64,000 nucleotides of DNA, from assembly GCA_965112155.1 (NCBI GenBank), contig OZ218106.1, one strand, 5' to 3'. Source of the DNA: Podarcis liolepis. Lineage: Eukaryota. Under the pieces are notes generated by a model, which worked only from the letters and a program-made list of their open reading frames with translations, was not told the DNA's origin and made no database searches. The position numbers and the translations under genes were made by a program. Below, in pieces: positions 38,301 to 50,474 of this stretch. Every line of letters begins with the position of its first letter. Position 1 is the first letter of the stretch.

Positions 38301-41300
38301 AAGTGGAGCAGAGGAGATCCCACCAGGAATACCCGAAACTCTTAGCTATGCCTAAAGTAGTTATTTGGATTCCAGCCATTCTATACCAGCTTAAGGGCCC
38401 ACCAGTTTTGATAAATAGGGAATGGAGAGTTGATGTCAAAGGAAAAAAATTACACAACTTCTGTATTTCAGCTTTTGTAAATTCCACTGGTATCAATGAG
38501 TCAGCCATGAATAACTAAGTGCAAGGCTGTTCCTGCTGAATTTAACCCTAACTCTGAAATCACTTATGTGAAAAATGTCCCAGTGGATAATTGGAAAAAT
38601 CAAATACACAAACTATTTCAAGGCTGCAATCCTGAATTTGCAAGATAGGCTCTGTTTAAGGTTTCTTTCGGTGTGAAACTGTTTTTTATATATAGCAATC
38701 ACATTCGGATCTCATGGATTACGTAGGATATTGAAAACAGCATTTAAATAAGAAATCAATGGTGTATAGAAAATGTAACTTGCAAGCTATTTGGCAACTA
38801 AAAAAAAAATGGTACTTCCATTACAGAAATAATAATTTCTTATTACAATCCAGGAATAGGTTAAGAAACGGAAAAACAATAAAACACACTCCAAGAAAAT
38901 GACATTGGCTGTTTTTTTATGCAAAGTAGGCAACCATCAAAAATCCTTATTTACATATTGCAATTTTGCGTAAATAATGTATTCTCCAGATTTGTTTAAT
39001 TTTTAGGTATTGCCCAGAAAGTCATTTATTGAATCTCAAGGAGGCAGTTTTGTTTTCAAGTGCAATCTCCCAGCATAAATGCAGCTATAGGTGAAAACAC
39101 AACAGAGGGGGGGAAATCTATACTTCTCAAAGAAAAATTCAATTAATTCTTTATTCTACCCATTTCAAGCACCCTGAAAGAAATTAGTTTGGTTAGATTT
39201 ATGTTCCTATTTCCCAACTCTTTGATGTTACATCTGGCATCAAGCACTTGCCTGGTGCTAAAATATGAAGATGTAGATATCCCCATGGTAATGTTTATTT
39301 CCAACTATGTTTACAATCTTTGCTTAGAGTTGATTAGTGTGTTTATTTTAAAATCCACATTTAGAAAGAATTATTTTACTTAAAAAACAAGATGGGAGGA
39401 AAATTACTTGAACCACATAAAACAGCTTTTTATATGTGCAGCTTTGCCATCTGTTTCTACACCAACTCTCCTCAATATATCAGTTCAATGAACTGAATAG
39501 GAAACTATCAGAACTTATTACGTTAATGAACTTCAGTGCACCATTGAACAGGTTTCTTAAATCATCACTCACTATTTGTAGTTTCCACCAACAGTTGATT
39601 TTATGCTTCTTATTTAAAGCCATCTTGTGGCGAGAAGGGCTGTTTTGTTCAAACAGTTGTTGGAAGCAAAACAGTTAAAATTAAGATTACCTCATGCATG
39701 GTGAGGAGATAGTTGAGGATGCCCTGTAGTTCATCTTCTTTTACTCCATGATCCTTAAAATATAAAATAAAATAAGTGGCATAACACAAACAAGTCATGC
39801 ATATAAAGCATCTTGAGCTACTTTATGGGAAATGATACACAAATGGAATTAAATAAATTAAACCTAACAACGGAACACAAAGGGTACATTCTAGAGAAAT
39901 GCCTGTGAAATCAATAGGATTCACAAACAGAACTTTTCCAGTTTTGCACCACAAGATATAAACCCTCCAGGAACTGTTCCCACATGTACTCCAGCGTTTT
40001 CATGCTTAGCCCATAGCTGTCAACTTTTCCCTTTTCTTGCGAGGAATCCTATTCAGAATAAGGGAATTTCCCTTTAAAAAAGGGAAACATTGACAGCTTT
40101 GGCATAGCCTGTATATTATTCTTTTATATCTCAGTCCTTTAGCCACTTTGTCATGAATCAACCTATTAACTTTGAGGAGTTGTGATGGCAGTTGTGGTCT
40201 AAGTTAAAATAATAATAATTTATAGCTATAATTAAGAATGTGGCATGGCTATCACACAGGCCTGTACCTCCTAGAAATTAAGCAATTTACACCAGTAGTG
40301 TTTGCCAACTAAATGTGCAGTCCTTTTCCACAAAAAAAGCAACCTCTAGTTTTACCACCATTCACAATAAGTGCTTTTCCTATGTAATACCATGGCCCAC
40401 GAGGCAAGATCTTCAAAATTATAGTTCACTAAGACTAAGCAATTTGCTAGGCCTCAGCTCCAGTACAAGATCTGAAACCCAAATAGCCCCTTCTTCCTCC
40501 TCTCTTGGAAGAAATCCATCCAGGTTGCCACCATCACCACAACCTCCTTTCTGCTCAGCACAGAAGAGTTCTTTGCAAAATAATCAGCCTTCGGGGGGAA
40601 AACAGGATCAGCCTGACAGGAATTTTATTTAAATGTTTCTGTTCTAGTGTTTTGATTGAAAAGACCCAATAAAGTTATTTATCTCAAAATTATTAAAACG
40701 AAAGACTCCTGCAGACCCCTTGACACTTAGTTGAGTAAACCTGTAAACCTTGAGTGCCAGAGAGAAATGCAGCTGTACTAAGAGGAGGAGATAAAAAAAG
40801 TTGCTGCAACTTACATTCTCTTCTCGGTCCCTCGTCCACCTTCCCAGCTAGCCAGAGGCGTCAGGTCTCTTTCCTCCCTCTCTGGGATAAGCACTGCTTA
40901 AGCTTCAGAACAATGCAAGACACACTGCAGAGCCCAGCCCCAATTTGTAGACTGCTTACCTTCATTACTAACTGCTTAACGAACATCAGCAAAAAGGCTC
41001 TCAAGGAAAAAATTTCTTTCTGATTGGGTCGTGGTCCATCTTAATTTAAAAGAGACATGTTATATACTTCACAGCTTGGTAACAATTTCGCTATTAATAC
41101 ATTAACTCTGAACATTAAATCATCCTCCACCTCCACCACCCAAAAACAAAAACAAATTGAGAACACACACGAGAAGCATCATGAGATTTACAGGAAAACA
41201 TCTGCTCACACTTCTCTGGATCCAATCCCCAGTTAATAAGCTTGTTCTGGATCTTCCATATGCACCTGGCAAGTATTTTCTGTACCTACTGTTGTGTTTT

Positions 41301-44300
41301 CACCTAGCTACCTCACTGAAAAGGACACCAGTATTAGCCTTTCCACTGAAGTGGCAAGACCCTGTTACACTTTATTAGGTCACCTTTTCCTTTATAAACA
41401 CCTCCATATCTCACATAATGGAACAGGTCTCTATGGATCCAGGAAAGGGTAAGGTCTCACTACACACTTAACAAATTCTGCCCCTACCACGATCCACAAC
41501 ATTATAAAAACCCCTGTGTGATTGTTGTGGTATACTTTTGATGAGTAGCATTGGACTTTTCACATACCTAAACCTTTTGGAATAATTCCACTGCGATCTT
41601 GAGGATTCACCACCCAGTAGTAGTACTTCAATGTGTGAATAGCCAGTAGAACTGTTCCTACTCGTCGAATTGCATTGTATATATTGGCTGTGCCAATGAA
41701 TTCGGTAGATAAGTAAGTGTACAGGATCAACTGAACCTGTATCAGACAATTGAGAATAGAAATAGGTTATATAAGATGCCATACACATGGCAGGGTGAAC
41801 CACAAGAAAGTAAAGGTTGGGTAATTCCAGCTAGTAAGCCTACAATACTGCACTCAGTGATGCTTACTTTTTGGTAGACATGTACAGTAAGCTTGCAATG
41901 TACACAGGGGTTATGTTCTTTCTTATTTAATAGTATTTGGTTTGAATTGTGTAAAGGTAAAGGGACCCCTGACCATTAGGTCCAGTCATGGCAGACTCTG
42001 GGGTTGCGGCGCTCATCTCGCTTTATTGGCCAAGGAAGCCGGCGTACAGCTTCTGGGTCATGTGGCCAGCATGACTAAGCCGCTTCTGGTGAACCAGAGC
42101 AGCGCACGGAAATGCTGTTTACCTTCCCGCCGGAGTGGTACCTATTTATCTACTTGCACTTTACATGCTTTCGAACTGCTAGGTTGGCAGGAGCAGTGAC
42201 CGAGCAATGGGAGCTCACCCCGTCGTGGGGATTCGAACCACCGACCTTCTGATTGGCAAGACCTAGGCTCTGTGGTTTAACCCACAGCGCCACCCACATC
42301 CTAGAATTGTGTAGCACTAGGTTAAACAGGTGACTAATAAATATACATAATAAATAAAAGGAAGCTAAGTAAATTCATGAGTAAAGGAAATATTCCCTTA
42401 GAACGTGGGTCTAAGATGTCTACAAGACCTTAGATACTTTCATGCTATCCCCATGAATGGAAAAAGTTTTACCTTGGCTGGAGTATGAATCCATATTGCA
42501 GGGTTAAGGAGAATATGATCACACAGTTGCTTCAGCAAGGGCACACCATTGTGCAAATTGCTCAGATACTTAGCAAAGGCAAGACAAAGTTCAAGAACAG
42601 CTCTGCTAATGTGTGCTTTGGAAGACTGCAGAAAGAGAAAGGGAATATGTTTAAGACAACATGTAGATAGTGATTTATGTGACCAAAACATGAAACGTAT
42701 TTCATGCAGATTAAAAGAGAGAGAAAAGCAAGCAACAGGCTTCATTTACCTTTTCAAGACTGTATCCTATTACAAGGAAGCCCTTACAAGAAAGCATTTG
42801 TTCTTGCATAGCAATTGAGTTCTTCAGCAACTCCATGATGAAAGCCAACAGAATGGAACTGGAAGACATATTGTATTGAAATACTGCAGTTTATAGTGTT
42901 TAATAGCAGATTAGTACATTAGACTTATAACAACAATCTATTTCCTCAATTCACATACTACTTTTTGAACATTATTAAATTATACATCCTAGCTTCTCTT
43001 CATATCCCCACAATCACCCAATGGTGATTGCTGGATTCAAAGAAATAGAAATAGAGTACATCACAGTACACATAACATGATACATGGTCCAGACGGCAAT
43101 ATCTAGGTATATGAGAGATGTCCCATGTTTTATAAATGTTTTCTATTACAAAGCAAGGCAAATCTTGCTCTGCAATGGGGTAATATTTGTGTTAAATCCA
43201 TTGGGACTTGCTTTGTAAACATGTAAGGAATTGAAATAGTTGTAACAAATGGTTGTAAGAAGGGATTGCTGTAACAGGATCATCATCTCTGGATTTCAGG
43301 TCACTATTCCCATGCAGTGATCATCAGCAAAGTCAGAAATAACCCTTCTGTAAGCAGAAGAGGTTTTCCACTCACTAAAGAGCACTTTTGTATCATAGAC
43401 AATTTACTCTCAGTCTCATTAAGTCTCCTAAAGGACAACTGAAGAGTGCACAGGAAGTAAGAATTGCAAAAGCATACACTTCCAATTACCTCCTTGATTT
43501 GTTAATATCTGAAGCAAGGCTCAATGATTGCAATGACTTTAGAAATCTGAAAGGTAAAGGTAAAGGTACCCCTGCCCATACGAGCCAGTCGTGTCCGACT
43601 CTAGGGTTGTGCGCCCATCTCACTTAAGAGGCCGGGGGGCAGCGCTGTCTGGAGACACTTCCAGGTCACGTGGCCAGCGTGACGAAGCTGCTCTGGCGAG
43701 CCAGCACCAGCACAGCACATGGAAACGCCGTTTACCTTCCCGCTATAAAGCGATACCTATTTATCTACTTGCACTTAGGGGTGCTTTCGAACTGCTAGGT
43801 GGGCAGGAGCTGGGACCGAAAGATGGGAGCTCACCCCGCCGTGGGAATTCGAACCGCCGACCATACGATCGACAAGTCCTAGGCACTGAGGTTTTACCCA
43901 CAGCGCCACCCGCGTCCCCCTTAGAAATCTTAGGTAACAGTAAAAAGCATAAAATCAGAAGCTTGAATTGACAGGCAAATGATAGTATAAATGGAAGGCT
44001 AGGGCAAGGGATTTGCGTAGCTGTCTTTTTCAGGAATTTTAAGAGTCACACTCTGCATTCCTAACATTTTTTCCTTAACCTGTTCTTTCTACAACAGTTA
44101 GAAATAGCAATACTTTTAGAAAGATACTGTATAAAACACACACACATTATAATACAGGCACCTTTTGTAGCTTTTACCACAGAACATCATCATTAGTCGT
44201 CTGAAAACACCTAGCCTTTCCTTTTGACAGTCCCATAGTGAAGTTGAAGTAGTCTAGATATACAAGACATCTTTCACTGATCAAGCACTGGGCCAGGAAG

Positions 44301-47300
44301 ATAAACTCTCCTTGGTTAGAACCAGCAGCCCTGTAAAAAATAGCACCACCCCCCCCCTTTGACAGGAAGGAATTCATCCTCGAGAAAGAGATTTTCCATA
44401 TCCCCACTACTCCATAAATTACATAGCTACTGAATGATGTACACATTTGTGTAGAAGACCTGGTGCCAGTAATCTTGACTTCATCTCAAGGTCTTCTCTG
44501 CACAAGAGATTTAAAATGATCTAACCTTGAAATTATAAATAATGTTCCCAATGCTGCAATATAATTGCATTATTTGGAGGTAATTTCCCCCCATAAGGGG
44601 AAACTTCCTCTCACAACATCTTCACCTTGGCTATATTTAGATGTGCATGTCCATCATTTAGTGTGCATTTTATTGTCAGCTTACTCTATCTAGAAAACAC
44701 TTCTCCCACCTTAGATGGCAGAATAATAGTTAATAGGCTAACTGAAAGGTCAGGCATAAGAAATTGTATACTACTGTAGAGTGCTAGTTTCTCTAGAATG
44801 CAATAGACATCGCAAAACAAATTGGCAATCTGAAGAGCAAATAAAAGGTCTTACCAAACAGTTGTGTCAGGTTGATCCAATGAATATTGCCTATAGTCCA
44901 GCTGTGCAAACAGAGGAAAAAGCACCTGCACTCCTCCAATTGAATGCATTGCACTTTGGATTGAATGGGTTATGACTGCTTTTACATCCTGTTAATACCA
45001 AGTTTGTACAAATTACAAATGGATATTGCATTTGTTTAACTACTCTGAAGCATTCAAAATGTGACCTGAATGCTTCAATAGGATCTCTAAAAATTAAATG
45101 GTTACCTTGTTGAAATGACACAGAGTGTGGGGGAACTTAAAGATGTGTGACAATAAACTTCAAAAGAAAAGCAGTTAAAACAACTTTGGGAATGGAAAAT
45201 CTATCAGAAATACAAAGCACTGGGCCTGTTCAGCTTTGAGGAAGGCAGGAGAGAGAGCGTTATGACTGCACTCTACAAAACAACTACATTTGGCGACTGA
45301 GCAGGCTGTAAATCTAAATAAATAAACAAAACAGATGGACCTGAGTGCTTTTAAGGACTCACAGTCAAACAGAACACAAAAGTATCCAAGGGAAAGAAAA
45401 CAAAGAAAATCCACTCCTCCTTGAAGTTGAAACCAATGCTAAAATACCTGCAGCATGAGAGCATGTGGTGAATGTACAAAGATGGAAGGGTTATCCTTGG
45501 GTGATGATTCTAGGCAGAGCTGTGCATCTGTAGCCCTTGGATTGTACGTAAAGGCAATACAATTAGAAAGTTTCCCGTCATACAGTAACAGTTTGTGATG
45601 GTCAGCAAGGAAGAGATCGCTTTCTCCCTTGAATTTAAAAGTTCCCTAGAATAGAAACAAAAGGTAAAGTAGGCTAGAATCCAACTGGAAATAAAACTTC
45701 CACACGTGAAATATTTCAAGACCGCTTAACCATGGAGATCTGAGGTGCATTTTTCTAAATAAAATTCATTGATTTGTGATCCAAGGTCATTGCAGTTCTT
45801 TTAATTTTCTAGACATATGTTTTAAAGTGTTTTCTTTTAAAGCATGTAAGTTTTTCCTTTTCTTATTTTGTAACAGAAAAGAAGACTGGTACAGTATCTT
45901 TAGCCACAGTCACGAATAAAAACTTATTTGCTTATATTTATAACAGTGGTTTGGATGTAAAAAGTTATTTCTGTTTTGCAGTTTAGCTTGATAGCTCTGG
46001 TTGTGGTTTGCACAAATGCAAAACAAGACATCTGACAATCCACAGATAACTTTCATAGGAGAGTTTAAAACTTTTTAAGGAAAATGCATTACAAACTAAA
46101 GTGTCTATATTAGCACTTTGCTGAAACCAGAAACACCAGAATACAATAAGATTGTATTGAGACTATATTGAGACAATAAATACCTTGTATCCAAGACCAA
46201 GCTGATAAATAGCAAAAATCTGAGCAGCATTGAGAGCCTCACTGAAAAGATAGACAGCTGTCATCTGGCCACAAAACACTCGATTGGCATCTGCTGTTTC
46301 TGAAGAACCCAGGAAACATTTATCAAATGTCTAGGAAAGAGAACAAAATATTAAGGAATAATATAAATGGGATCTATGTTAGCGTGGTTCTCTTTTGGAA
46401 GGTAAGAATATACATCCAAGTTTCAATATGATGTATGGCTTTGATGCACATACATGAATACCAGGTGCTGTGGCAGAGAAGGGATGTACCCACTCTCATC
46501 AATATCATGTAGGTTATATGAGGTGTGCATGTGAAAACCCAACTGACACAGAAGTCAAGGGGAAAGTCCCCTGTGCTCATGTGCACATCTATGATCTAAT
46601 CCATTAGGACTATAAGATATAGCCTGCAAAATTATATTTGATCATGGTTAATTCTCCATCCCTCTTCACACTTGACTATTAAGTACAATGTGATGGGTAA
46701 GTTTGGTTCTGGTGTAGAGCATATGCTTTGTGTTTGCCTAAGATTTTAAAGAGCTGCTGCCATTTGTAACAGACTATACTGACTTTTTAAAATCATTTTA
46801 GACACAAAATACACTGTAGCAATTCTTAAAATATCCAGGGCAATCTTTCATATTTCCAGGATGTAGACATTAACTTTGTGTCATGCAACCACAATTTTAC
46901 CTGCTTTTAACTGCAGATTATGAAACAGCATATCATCCCTACAACTTCAACACATATTTATGGGTGAATAAATATGGTAATTCACTTCAGTGACTGGGAC
47001 CAGACAAAAGTAAACGATGGAAGAGGTGTTTATTTAGGGGAGACAACTTAGGGTTCATATGCAAGATCACGAAGGCAGATTAAAGCACTAGGCAGACTGA
47101 TGTAGTCAAAACTGGAGATATCAAGAACTGGCAGAATAGGGGTGAAGAACAGAATCTGGCCAGGGGGCAGTATTGCTAACTTCCTCCACCTTTGGAGCGC
47201 TAAGGATGACATATGAGGGTCACCAACAGTACCAGCTCAGCCATTAGCTGGGGCAAGGCCGCCTCTTCAGGAGGCGCCCCTCTGGACACCCTGCCTTCCC

Positions 47301-50300
47301 TGCCACTTCCACTGGCATCATTTTGGGCAAGATCTCACCAATTTCCATGCTGATTGTACTGCTTCTCCACTGGCAGTGGCAGCAGTGGGGCAGGAATCAG
47401 CAGCAGCAGGGCAGAGTGGTACTTCCTGTTTTGCCTCATGCGGTGAAATGGGACAAACCGCTCCCGGTGACCCACCACATTTGATATCATGTGACTAATA
47501 TATGCTCACACAATTTAAAATAAAACTCTGAGGGCAAAGACACAGCCCTCAAAGTACTGATCATCTGATCATTGGGTATTGCATTGGGCTTTGCAAGACC
47601 TGCTAATTATCCAAGTGTTGGCACTTTGCAGAACCCTATGCGAGGGTTCCCATTTATACATTCTACCTCAAATTAAGCATCAAAAAGAAAGAGAGGGACA
47701 CCTTTTGGTGTAGCACGTTACTTACGTCACTGGTATTGACAAACCATGTTATCTCTCCATAAGATGCAAGTTCCCCATTCACATAACATCTGAGTTCACT
47801 GTTCTTCCAACGGTTATAGATATGCACTATAGTAACCATGTACCACTACATAAGAAATTTAGAAGAGTTAAACTAAATTTAAAGAAGTTTTTTTTTTTTA
47901 ACCTGTTGAAAATTGTGCGTTAGTTAGAAAAATATAGAGAGAATTGGCATCACACACACTTCTCAAACAAGGGGGACAAAAGAAGACACAAAGTTTGCAT
48001 ATGGTAATTTATATGTGTGCGTCAATTCTAAAATAATTGCTGTAATTTAATTAGAAATACATCTCACCATAATTTAGAAGGCATCAGGTGACTTAGGTTG
48101 CTGTTCAGTCTGCAAAGCATTGGCAATGTCACAGCCCCTAATCTCTCTTTTTAAGGTTCCTTATCTAAAATCAGGTTTGGATGGTACAGCCCTCAAACAG
48201 AAGACTGGCCTCCCGCTACAGAGAATAGAATACTGTCCTCTGTAAAGTAGGACATATGGCCATCCTCATTAGAATAAGCAGCAATATTGCCGCCAAAATG
48301 CTTAAAATATAATGACCATAAACCAAACCAACACATCCAAACTGATTCATTTTTTGTGGGCACTGCTCTTATACTCTTTCCCTGAATAGTTTTCACCAGT
48401 GTATCTAGCTGTGCTGTTGGTATTTAGAAGGAGGTAAACCCCTTCAAACTTAAGAGCCTGCCCAACTAGAAAACTTCAGAATTAATCAACAGTGTGGTAA
48501 AGCTGCAAACTCCTTTCAACTTGAATATTCTGCATAAAAAGAACACAGAAAGGTTGCCATATGAAAAAGTAAAGCACACAGAAAACCTAGACTCTAGATA
48601 ATTACTTTTAAACGTTATTTTTATACCACATTTAGAGTCTTTTCCTTTCCTTTCCTTTAACTGTAAACTAAACTCATATGCCAGAATCTTCTCTCTTCTC
48701 TCCTCAAAGCCAAATTTCAGAATATCCAGATGACAAAAAATGTTATCAAAACACCACTGGAGCCAATGGCCATTAATTCCCATAGAGCAGAGACTTAAAA
48801 ATAATGTCTAAAGGCATGCATTTAATAGGCATTTGCAGGACAACACATCTGAACTCACCTTTTGTGGCTTGAAATCAAATTTCACACAGTGCTGGAAGCC
48901 TTTTCCTTTTGATTTAATTGAGGTCACAACCAAACAGCCTCCAACGAAATGAGCAGAATACCCGAGTCCTTTGCTTGTTCGAAAACTGAAACAATTTATT
49001 TAAAAATGGTTAAATTCACCATTTATTCACAGGTAGTTGGTGCGAGCAATCTTTAAAAGTAGACATAGATGAAACAAATTTCAGAAAACATAATAATGCA
49101 TACATACCAATATAAGTAAGGCTTATCCTTGTCTACATTGATATTATTTACAGGATCCATTCTTAACCAAGTATGAAAAGTAAATCCATTCTGGTAGGGC
49201 CATTTGGCTATAGGAGGTAAGGCAATAGCCTAGAAAAAAAATAAGTTTATATGAAGCAGTGAGATACTTCAGAGCATGTCATTTGATTTGTATAATCAGA
49301 AAGCATGCAAAGGAAAAGTGTATACAATTTAGATGTGACAGTATTGATACCAAAGTTTGCCTCTTCACATTTAAATCACAGTGAGACAAAAAATATCTTT
49401 GGGCTCTTCCACATGAAAAAAAATAAATCTTTAAAATAGTCACAATTATTACATATGATACCCAATCCTAGAACTAGAAGTCCCCTTTTGTCCCAAGTGA
49501 TGGCAACACAGGCTTTTTTTTTTTAAGCCTGAAAGATAGCACAGACATGAAGGCATTTGCCTTTATAAAGGGGGAAGCTGCAAGGACAAATCTTCGAATC
49601 AAAAACTAGTTTTCTGAAAGGTTTCTGTAACTCTGTGGTTTAAAGATGCTGACAACATTATCGATACAAATGAACACAAACATCAAAGAACCTGAATGTC
49701 AGCAGACTTTGCATTACATTGCTAAACTCTGTCGCTATTCCTGCCCAAAAACAATGCCATAAATCTTCTAGAGAGGATATACCAGTAACCCACTTACATG
49801 TCTGAGGAAAACATTCCTTGAAGTACATGAGGGCAAAACATTTTAACCTAAACACTATTCCTTAATATATTTCGTCCTTATGTTTTATTTATACACCTAT
49901 CAAACATTAGAAAATATCTGTATGTTGCAGTTCAATACATATTACTATGTTTTTATATTGTTATTCCTTTATTTCAATGTGATACACGAAGTTCCCCAAA
50001 CCAGTCCATAAGGGTAAAAATAACTATTGTACAATTTTTATTTTCACTTTTTAGTAAGTTTTTTGTTGTTGTTATGATTTAAAAAGCCATCAAGTAATTA
50101 AGGGAGCAGCACAAAATATACCATGGTTCTGGAATTCATTAACATTTGACTTCCAGGCTGCCATATTCCAGGCCTTTTGAAAGGCACTGAAGATCTACCT
50201 ATTATCAAATTGTGGCAGGAGTGAAGAACCACCATAGCAACTTGGCAAACTATCTAAAGAAGTCACTTACTCTAATGTGTAAGATGCACCTAGTGCAAAG

Positions 50301-50428
50301 AATGCTCTTTTTAAGAACACCTGGAGTTAAGTGGCAGCTTCCCTAGGAATTTGGCCAGGAAAATATTGCTCATCAAAACAGAGTTATCTTGGTCAAGTTA
50401 TCAAGAAGCACAAAGAAACAGCAAAGGC

Positions 50429-50474
<46 letters not shown>

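Noticed and set aside
29991-43971. Similar ORFs at 12964, 29991, 41942 and 43591 (KGPLT..SMTKPLL..)
   Set aside because: Translations of Sauria SINE copies, not a gene family.
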